Shown here piece after piece: positions 1 through 10,246 of a DNA stretch of 51,202 bases. Location: NCBI GenBank assembly GCA_905331295.1, contig CAJNYD010000132.1, positions 260,863 through 312,064 of the forward strand, given 5' to 3'. Numbering within the stretch: position 1 is the stretch's first letter; each line of letters starts with the position of its first letter. Made by a program: the position numbers and the translations under genes. This DNA is from Rotaria socialis. Lineage: Eukaryota. The notes under the pieces were generated by a model. That model searched no databases and was not told the origin of the DNA. It saw only the letters and a program-made list of their open reading frames with translations.

Positions 1-303
1 AAATACAGTCAATAAAGAACTAGCAAGACTATGAAGAACTTGTAGAGGTATATTGTCAGATCTGTTTTGACTTTGATCTATAAATTTAGTTGTTTCTTCA
101 TCTTCATGAAATTCATGAAATAGTTCTCGAAGTTCTTCAAGTAAAAGATCACTTCGTGTTAAACGATACCATGTACGTCGATCAATATCTGCTAAATGTT
201 GATCGCTTTCTATTTTTGTTAATGCAGCTTTAGCCCAACTGGAACGAACCGGTAAATAAGATGTTTTTTGACATTGAGAACAACATTCGTTGTTGTTTAT
301 CAT
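1..303 (-). CDS. Partial CDS of unknown product (runs off the left edge)
   Basis: ATG at 303 directly after an acceptor-like ttttag. Open for 101 codons to the window edge (MINNNECCSQCQKTSYLPVRSSWAKAALTKIESDQHLADIDRRTWYRLTRSDLL...). Not in the ORF track because no stop lies in the window. Confidence 0.6.
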   Translation of the reverse strand, partial: MINNNECCSQCQKTSYLPVRSSWAKAALTKIESDQHLADIDRRTWYRLTRSDLLLEELRELFHEFHEDEETTKFIDQSQNRSDNIPLQVLHSLASSLLTVF

Positions 304-908
304 CTAAAAAATAAAGAAGCTGTATTTTATGGTTCTGCACAAAATCGAATGAATCGTCTATAGTTGATGAAAGATTAAACCCATTAAAAAAATCAGTTCC
401 TTCAATATTATTATCTTTTATTTAAAAGATAAAGCTAAAGTATGTGTCAAAATTCTTAATCAAATTGATTGATAAATTCTGACGATACTATGCAAGAAAA
501 CTAAAACGTATTAACGAAAACTAAAACTATGAATTAATCATATTTTCATTCTTCCATAATCCATCTATTTTCACTAAGCGTCTTCTGGGCAAGTCGCCGA
601 ACATTATTCATTATAGTCTTCTTCACCATTAACATTTATTAAAGTAATACCAATACCTTTTTTTTGTATTTAATCTATGTACATTTGATCACATAGTTGT
701 TTTTAAAATTTTCAGTACTCACATTATTAGTATCATGCATGAATAGAATTAATAATTATTTCCATGCAGCGTATGCTGACTTAGCCCAATCGTATATTTT
801 TTATTTAATCTTCAAACGAAACAAGAAACGACAATTATAAGATGACAAAATAAAATAATCAATAGATAGATAGATATATATATATTTCGGAATAGAAAAA
901 GAAAAATA

Positions 909-3577
909 TTAATTTCCTTCACAAATTACAGTAATAACACTAGCTTCCATAAGAACAGGATCTAAACATCTCATAGCCGTACTACTAACAATTTCTTCAA
1001 GTAGATTAGTTATAAATCTATCGTCGTTATTAACAAATGACCAAAGATAATTGTATAAATAATTAATATCAACTTGTACTTGTTGTAAACCATAACGTGA
1101 AAATGTTTTTAAACGAATACATTCTAAATATGTTTTTAAAAGTAATTTAATTATGCTAGATAAAATAGAAGTTTTTTGAAATTGTAAATCAATGAATATA
1201 TCTAATTTTTCATTGAATACTTTATGAAAATTAAGTTGAAGATTTCCCGTGGAACCAGCTGAACTACCTGGTCCACCGCTTGTTGCTCGATCAAGTGCTG
1301 AACTACGTGGCATTATTATTGTACGACGGCCACCATCAGAACTTCGAGCTCCTCCACTAACTAAATTCGAACGATGATAATAACGACCATAAGACGATGA
1401 TAATGGTGCTGGTGATTGTTGATCATTATACAGCGTTTTGACTTGTTTATCTATTTGAGTTAAATCTTCAATAATACGTTTCATGACTGAACGAACATGT
1501 CTTGGTTCGACAGTATTCAACCAATCTCGAGTTTCAATGGATTTACGAAGCATTTGAGACAATGTGAAACCTTGAGAACAAATATATTGTTTAAGTAATT
1601 GTTTGGCAATAACACTAAATTGTTTTTGAACTGCAATTAATTTCGAACGATCAATTGAAAATGATGATGATCCACTTTTTTGATTATCGCCTAAATAGTT
1701 GAGAGAATGATAAAGAAATTTATTTAATGAACACTATATATATATATATATATACTTCGTTGATTATTTTCAAGAATAAAATGAAACTTTTCTTCAAATA
1801 CCGTACATAAATAAGGCGTTGAACTTGAATCAAAATCAAGTATTAATTTACTCAAGATAAGTAAAAGAATTGGCGGTGATGATTGTTCATGTCTTATCAT
1901 TGTCGAATGATTACTTGCTGTTGTATACTCATGTTCAAAATAGGTTATTAAACGTTCTAATAATGTTAAAAAGAATCCGTTCCATACATGATTTGTAGCA
2001 AATTGTTTCATAAATACATTTTTCTTTCCTGCATAACAAACTAATTCTGTACCATCGAGAAATTTTGATAAATTTTGAAATGTTGATTTAATATCATTAG
2101 TCAATTGTTTAAGCATTTTATCAACACATTGTGATAAATTAAGTTGTGATGGTTGATGGTCAGATGACGATTGGATTTGTTCATTTGTTTGAATGATAGT
2201 TAATGATTTTCTTAATTCAATAATTTGATCGTGAAAATGTCGATCGATACGTGAATGATAGAATTTTAAACGACATTCAATGGCAAATTTTAGAAATGCA
2301 TCGAGCATTGAACGCATTTTTTCTAATGCATGTTGAGTAAATAAATATTTGTAAATATCGCTTGATGAACGACGTAAAAATCGATCTATTGCGCGTACAT
2401 ATAATTGAATATCATCATCTTGTCCATAGTATTTTGATTGAAATAAATCATGAATAAATTTTATATAGGCAGAATACAGTTCAAGTAAAAAATTTTCTAA
2501 GTAATGTTTACAACGTTCTTTATATTCATCTTCAATACTTGGCGATGATGGTATATTCGATGGATTTCGAATGAATAATAATTCATAAGATTCAACAAAT
2601 TCATGAAGATTTTTCATGTAGGAATTATAGCTTGTATCAACAAATTCAAGTATATCCATTGGATGCATTTCTATTTAAAAGAATACGACTTATAAAATAT
2701 GAATGGCATTTAATTACTATATCGAAAATTAGTTTCAATTAAAAACAAATTCATATTACTTACGTTGTGCAACTACATTTGATATTGTTACTGATGATGA
2801 CAACGATCCCAATTGACTTTCAACAACAATAAGTTGTTGTTTCATTAATTCTAATGGATGTTCGAGTCTTAATTTATTTTGTGAAAGATATTGTTGAGCA
2901 AGATAATCAGATGATTCACCTAATTGCAGTAATAATTTAACTACATTACTTGATGATGTTTGTTGTTGATCAATTCTTGATTTAAGTTCATCACGTATAT
3001 TAGTCATTGTTTCTTTACATGTCTGTTGAATATGATTAAACGATGGTATATGTTCATATTTTTGTAATGCTTTTAAGGCTTTTGTATAAGTATTTACTGC
3101 TAAATCATATTGATTATCATCAGCATATTCTTTTAATTTAGCCGGTAATTGAAATAGATATTGTAGTTTTTGTAATAGTACATGTATGCTTGTTAATTTA
3201 CGTATTTCTTGACGGCGATTATCGAGTGTTAAATGTATTTGATGATTATTTGAATTAATCGTACTCATTGTTGATATAAGACGTGTCATTTCATCTTCCA
3301 TTGTTTTAAAGTCTTTTTTCATTTGACGAATTGTATCTGTTGCTGATATAAATTTATTATAATTTTCATACACAAGTGTTTGCATTTCATTATCAAGAGT
3401 TTTTATTTGTTTGGTTAATAACTGTTCTTTATCTATCAATTGTGCTAAACGTGATTCGCGTAATAATTTAGTAACATACGTTTCAGGATCAAAGCCAGGA
3501 CTATCAATATTTGTTGGATCATATGTAGAAGGAAGAATATTTGCTTGAGAATTTGATGTAGATTTTGAAGGATCCAT
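909..3577 (-). CDS. VPS51: Vacuolar protein sorting 51 (GARP/EARP subunit), 3 exons: 3577-2764, 2670-1756, 1690-909
   Basis: Vps51 N-terminal motif FDPETYV...LDNEMQTLVYENYNKFISATDTIRQMK and C-terminal motif IRLKTFSRYGLQQVQVD...RCLDPVLME. GT-AG introns join the three ORFs in frame. Confidence 0.93.
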
Positions 3578-4378
3578 TGCCTAAATATTACAGTAGTTTA
3601 TCTGTAATAAAACGATAGGTAATTGTTTATTGATTTCAAATGATACATATATATATATATATTTCTTTGTTTCTCAATTCTCATCGATCGAGATTAGATT
3701 CATTGATCAAAGTTTGAATCATTTGAATGTAAAATAAAATAGAAGAAGAAGAAGAAGACGAGAACAAACCTGCATCTCGTTCGTCAAGAAGAATCACCAT
3801 AGAAAAAGATTTATTCAAGTTGGTTGATCGATTGTTTGTTAGCGCCCTCTGTTGTTTACTCATCAACCAAAATCTCTCACTCAAAAGCACATTCATAAAA
3901 CACTTCCACAAAATTTATTTCGAGGTATACAAAACACGCTTACGCTATTTAAGAGTATGAAATGTATCATATTGTTTTCTGTACAACGTGAATAACGGAA
4001 TTCAATTCTTTTTCAAAGGAACACATATTTTAACGTAACCGAAGTAATTTATCTAGGCGAAATAGATGATATCAATAGAAGTCTTGAAATAGTTTTATTG
4101 GTAGCTATAATTTTTGAAATTTATTGTATTTGTTCGTTCTATAGGTTTCTCGTCATTTTATTTTAGAAGTTTGAACATAAATCATGTTTTAACTTTTATT
4201 CACTTCATGCTGGGATCGTGTAAAAAGAAATAATTCAATATATAACATGCAATTCCAGAGCTATTTTTAATTCGATAAACTAATATTAAATTATTCAAAT
4301 AGTCTGGCATCACTATCATCTGTCGAGTTTTCTGACAAAAGACTTTCTCAGCAATGAGTCATTTTAAATTGTCGCATA

Positions 4379-4403
4379 CTATATATATATATATATATAT
4401 ATA
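4379..4403. repeat. (TA)n microsatellite; similar simple repeats at about 1735, 8196, 10333, 10821 (GA), 15131 (CT), 25230 (GT), 42540 (CTT)
   Basis: Seen directly in the sequence. Confidence 0.9.
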
Positions 4404-6305
4404 TGATCAAGAAGTTCTTAAAAGCAATTCAAAAAGATATAACTATTCTTCTGGCAAAGATTGAATGAGTTCTTAATATTGCGAAGTATATTAAAACCTT
4501 GAACCACCGATCTTTGAACGTTCGACCTGTGTGTTTCCACAGACGATGAACATGCCCATATGTCCATATGGAACTCCATCAATCTTTATTAATAGAAATA
4601 GATTAACAACTAATGATATCTTTTTTTCCGGAAAAATAAATAACAACTCTCTAATTATGATCTAGTTGTATTTAGAGATAGAAAATCATCACACTCATCT
4701 AAGCATCCTTAAGAATACTTTTTAAATTATACTAAACTATATACTATCGTCTTTTGTTTGTTTGCTTTTCTGTGTGAAAGTTGATTTTTCGCTGTTAGGG
4801 CTTACAAATAATCACACAAAACTACAACCCAAAGAATTGACAGATGTTCCTCAAATTAGTTGACGTTTTAACTGCCATCCTCTCCCCCGGACATGAGAGA
4901 TGAATAAAGAGATCCAGTTGCTGTTTGTATATACTAGGTCACATACAAATCTAGTTATTATTTTTAGCAGACTAATTATTAATTTATTTTGCTACGGTAA
5001 GAAAATATTTTCATTATTTTTGATAAAAAACAGAGCCATATATAAATTCTCTTCAAATACTATCAGCAATTCTTTTCTACATATCTAACCCCCACCATCA
5101 AATACTTATTGTAGTCTACGACTAATATATATAGTGTTTGGATAAATCACAAAGAAATCAATGCCATAAACCTAAAATGAACAAATAATTTCATCTTTTA
5201 TTCCTTTATTTAAAAAAAAACGATATGATTTTTAAGAGCATTCGACGGTAAACATCATATATTTTTAATTTCTATAGAATCATTCTTTTCAGGTTGTGTT
5301 TTATCACGTATGATTCCTTTGTGGGTTGTTACCGTCATTCGTGCGATAATTGTTTATATACGTATATATATATATTATAATGACATGTTTTTATTTTCTA
5401 TTAAACATTCAGCAAGTATTGGTCATAGTAGTTCTGACACAAAAAGAAGCTTATGGATGCCTCAATTAGTCTCTACTTCTTCTATAACTATGGTTTAAAT
5501 TTACAGTTGGAACAGAAAATCTTATGAGTACCTTGACAACAAGTAATTTCATCATGTTTTTAACATAAGAGAATATTAATATTATAATCAATGAAGATAA
5601 AAATTCTTTTCTGAAGCCTTTTCACATCTTTTGTCGCTCGGGGTCTGGTGTAACCTGAGCTGCCAAAATCGTGTTTTCCATTCATAATTCAAATGTAAAC
5701 TAATATGATCGAAGGTGCGTCAAAAATCTTTTCTAAGTTATTTATGACCTTGGAAATAGACGATCTTGTTCCTTACAACAACAACAAAATAAATAAATAA
5801 ATATACAATAATAAATTGTTTTCCGTCTATTAAATAATAATAATTTTTTGCTAATTTAGTTTTTAATTCTGCTCTTAGAAAACTAATAATGTCTTATTTA
5901 TTGAAAGAGTACTTGATTTCTTTCATTGATGCCGTCTGACCTTAATCAATTTTTTTCCTATTATATAATATTTTAATATAATAAAAAGAAAAGTCTTGGT
6001 TGAGATTTTTTAAAGAGCCCATAATCTGGGATGAATGTCTGACTTAATTTTAAAAAAAATACTAAGTATCGCCATGATAATAAAAACATTAGCACCATTG
6101 AAAACTTGAGTAATTTTCTTTTAATAGCAATAAACAATAGCAGAATGATTGATTTGATCAATGCAAACTGCCTAATTATAACTAAAAGCATAGCCGACTT
6201 ATCGCATACTATGAAAATATTTGTCAATATGATTGATGAATTCTTTTTTTCTCCTTTATCTTTCTTCGGCACTAAGTGTACGTTTTATATGCATCTTTAT
6301 GTTCA

Positions 6306-6536
6306 TTATTTCCAAATTAAATTTCCAACTGCAATGTGATGATTATTTTTTTCATAAACACGATTTTTTAGACTTTGCCAATAACTACCTGTAACCGAAC
6401 ATCGGAATCGTTTAAAGAGATCATTAAATTCTTCCATAGTCCATTGAATTCTTATAGGTTGACGAGATCTTGTTTGGAGATCAAAACGAACTCGTCGTTG
6501 TTTATTATTCTTTTTTGAAGGCTTTTCATCATTCAT
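6306..6536 (-). CDS. Putative 76-aa single-exon small protein with an RVxF-type motif
   Basis: ATG preceded by an A-rich context (gaaaATG). Charged, protein-like composition (KQRRVRFDL...WTMEEFNDLFKRF). No homology recognised. Confidence 0.4.
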   Translation of the reverse strand: MNDEKPSKKNNKQRRVRFDLQTRSRQPIRIQWTMEEFNDLFKRFRCSVTGSYWQSLKNRVYEKNNHHIAVGNLIWK

Positions 6537-6879
6537 TTTCTAATTTTTTAATGTCAATTAAATAATAAAATACACAAAAAAGTCAATCTATAATATCTCA
6601 ATTGGTTGTCAATAGAGATATTAGTATTAATTTATTTATTTCCCTCGTAAAGTATGTAACACATCATACGTCATATATCACATTGCGAGAAAAAAAGAGA
6701 GAAACATATATTCATATACACGTACTGTTCGATGATGACTATTACAAAAGAACGAAGAAAATAGAGTAAAAGTAAAAATAAATGGGAAAACGAAACAACA
6801 TATGCTTCGAAAAAATTCCAGACTAGACCATTTATTATGTATTTCTATTTTCTATAATATACATGCGCTTTTTTCCAGT

Positions 6880-8195
6880 CTATTTCAGAACGTATTCAAC
6901 GTGCATATTTAGATAGACCATCCTAAGTATTCAAAAGAAGTAAAGATCAGAATATTTTCAAATAAACTTACCAGTAAATAATATTGAATACAATAAAAGC
7001 AACGGGGAAAAGAACTGCGGAGACAATATCAACCTTGTTTGAAAAATAAAAACAGTAAATTCCGAGGATAATTTTCTTTTGCTATTAACTTACAAATTGT
7101 GCACTGTCACGAATAGGCTTAGCTGGCTGCGCTATACGAGCCGGCTGAGGCACGGCAATCACTGGTGGTGGTGGTGGTGGTGGTGGTGGTGGCGCAATAG
7201 CTGGTGTCGATGATGTTACATTTGCGTTTGACATGGATGAATATTGTACATGAGAGCTAGTATTACCACTTGTATTTCTATCCCCACCACTAGATTTATG
7301 AACCAGTGTCTCCATCATTTCACCACCATCCTGTGCATCATCTTTTTTATAAAAATGTACTTGAGCAAGACGATTTCCAATAACCTAAGAAGATGATATA
7401 GAATATGTTTCTGCAAAATAATGTCACAATATATTACACAACAGATAAACTCATACAATATAGAAATAGATAAAAATCTGCTTGTAAATCATATAACAAA
7501 TAATAAAATTAAAATAAAGAAACTAATAATATTATGTGTATAGTGAAAATTATTTAAAACAAAATATAAAATAATTTGTGATGGTAAATATGTGAATGAG
7601 TGAAAGAAGAAGAAAAATAATAACAAGGGGGGGAAATATAATCTAGTGACTAATTTACTCTCTCAGCAGCAAAAGATGAACCATTCTGTAGCCTTTGAAT
7701 CAAAGTTAATTTCGGCGGTCTGTTCGAACTTTTCTTCTATAAAAATAAATTTTATAATAATAATAAAAATACTAAATTCTAGTGTATTGATGATTGCAAG
7801 AAATAACAGAAAATAACAAAAGAAAAAGAAAGTCTTTTGATTTTGTTATACAAACAACTTACTTCTTTTGAAAAGCGAACTTGCTGTCGTAATTCACCTT
7901 TGCGTGCAATAACATTGACCAATGCATATTCAAGTAAACCAGCAAAAACAAATACAAGGCATGCTGACATCCATACGTCAATTGCTTTGATATAAGACAC
8001 ACGCGGGAGTTGTGATCGTATACCTACATACAGGACATATATCATATTCTCTATTGCTAATTAGTATGACAAAAGGCATTAGGCAAAGCAAAAAAAAAGC
8101 AAGAGGCGCTATGGGATTTATCATTGTTACCTGAGCTTTGTGTAGTAACGGTAAGAACAGTTAAAAGCCCGACTGAAATTCTTGCTGGAACCTTA

Positions 8196-8231
<36 letters not shown>

Positions 8232-10246
8232 CTATGAATGAAAATATCAGCTCTAATGTATTTAATAATCTTACCGATTTATGATCAATCCAGAATGAGA
8301 CAAATGAAAGAATTACAATGAGCATTGATGGAATATAAACTTGAACTATATTAAATGATTTTCTTATGTTTTTTCTTCTTCTTCTCGTCAAATAATAAGC
8401 ACGATTAAACTCACCGAGATAATAACCAAATAGACGCTTTAAATGAAGCACAACAAGAAGGCATGTAAAACTGCCTAGAATATTAATCGTTCGAAGAAAA
8501 CAAAGCTACTATATAAGTGATGATAGAAAAAAAAAACTTTCTTCATTGACACATTTCTTTTTGCTGCTCATGTAGATATCAAAGAAAAGGAAACGGAAAT
8601 TATTTATAATCGGAAAAAAAATATTATAAAAAAGATACTGAACAATAAAATGTAAATTAGTGCATGTGTTTAAATATAATCACGGCTGAATAACACAAAA
8701 TACTAGTGCATTAATCATTACATATTGTGTGTTTAAATAGTTGTGCAAGCAAAATGCGCGTGTCTGTGCTAGCTTTACAATTGAAAAAAGCACAAAAAGA
8801 CGTGCGTTTTTTTGTACCTTCAGCTTTTGTTGTTAAAGTAACAATGCAAAGCAAACTTAATAAAGTTCGTGCAGGATGTGATTTATAGTCGACCCAAAAC
8901 GCAACAAATGATAAAGCAACTATCAATGTTGCCGGTAAATACAGTTGTTGGATATATAAATTGACATTTCGTTGAAATGCTAGGTGTACTTCAAGACAAG
9001 TGTACGTGCCTATGAGGGGAGTGAAGGAAAACTTAGTTATCACAAAGTAAGTTAGAATTGGTGCTGTATATTATTAGCAATACAATGAAATTGTGAGAGA
9101 AATGAAGAAAGTTGTTTTTTCTTTCGAAAATTATGAATAACGTAGATATCTAACCTGTTGCTGTTGTTCGATTACAATACCGTGCTTCGTGGTTACTCAA
9201 AACAAAGTCAGGCATTTCAAGGTCTTCATTTACTCTGATAGCACTTATATTTTGGGTTTCATCCCAAAAGAACGCCAAATCAGTTGTACCAAAACCGTCT
9301 AAATCAAGACCAAAATATAAATCAGAAAATAAAACAAAAAAAAAGTAATGTATGGATTAATTAAATGAATACTGTTCTTTCTTTTTTTTTAATTTATTAT
9401 TTGAAAGATTTTTTTTTCATATAAATTCCTGTTTGTTTTTTAGATAGAAAAAAAAAGCTTAAGACGACTTCTCTAGAGAGATTTAACGTACAGCTGCCAA
9501 TGTTGACAACACATGTTTGATTATCAAGTGGAAATTTTTGTAATTTCATTTGGCAATCAAGTTTAAGTAGAAGTCTAAACATATAATAAATATATGAAAT
9601 AATAATTTATGCTGGATTTTTCGTTAAATAATAATCAAACCTTTGACTGTACAGTACTTTTCCATCGAGATGAATACGAATTAATCGATTGGGTACTGTG
9701 ATGTCACTTCGTTTACCTTCTTTAGCATTACGAAAAAAAGAATCAGGTACCCATATACGATCAATAAGTGAATAGTGCAATGTAATCTGTGGTGATTTTT
9801 TTGCCCAATCTGTTCCTGAATAATTCAATCTTGGATCGTACCATGACTGACGAAAAATCAAATCAGTATTATAATCCTAATCAAAGAAAAGCGACATATA
9901 ATGAATATAATTTGAATAAAACCAGCTGTATTCTCATTAATGAACATGTCTTACCATGTTAACTTCATTGATAGCTGAAATCGTGTTAATATGAATCGTC
10001 ATCGTCACATTGCACGGTTCTGTAATAGAACAGTCTCGTGAAAATAAAAGCTGAAAAATAAAATTCAATGTACTAACTTCGCTGATCAAAAAATGGTCGA
10101 ATTCGCCTATCATAATGGCTTGAATTAATGAGTGTATCAAGAAATTCTTCAACTGTATTTATTGATGCATCATTGTGTAATAAATTTGCACTAGAAATAA
10201 GTGTGAAGATTATTGTTACAATATATAGATCGATGTGTAGACACAT
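6880..10246 (-). CDS. Cys-loop ligand-gated chloride channel subunit, glycine-receptor/GluCl-like
   Basis: Exons 10246-10078, 10019-9955, 9876-9641, 9574-9492, 9298-9155, then either 9009-8818 or 8474-8415 + 8345-8275 + 8191-8131, then 8023-7863, 7736-7659, 7384-7094, 7033-6972, 6922-6880. Motifs: [25 protein letters not shown], Cys-loop [15 protein letters not shown], loop [10 protein letters not shown](S/T)(F/Y)TC, anion-selective PAR, M3 [20 protein letters not shown]4 [21 protein letters not shown]. Confidence 0.93.
8131..8474 (-). CDS. Alternative pore block B (three exons, 60+71+61 nt) of the Cys-loop channel
   Basis: Encodes [64 protein letters not shown] with canonical GT-AG junctions. 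Confidence 0.88.
8818..9009 (-). CDS. Alternative pore exon A (loop C end, M1, M2) of the Cys-loop channel
   Basis: 192 nt, no stops. Acceptor ttctaac...ttttccttcactcccctcatag, donor G|gtacaa. Encodes [64 protein letters not shown]. Confidence 0.85.

Noticed and set aside
8711..9043. Exon A as a separate second channel gene
   Set aside because: There is only one extracellular domain and one M3-M4 set, and exon A is bounded by compatible splice sites inside the gene.
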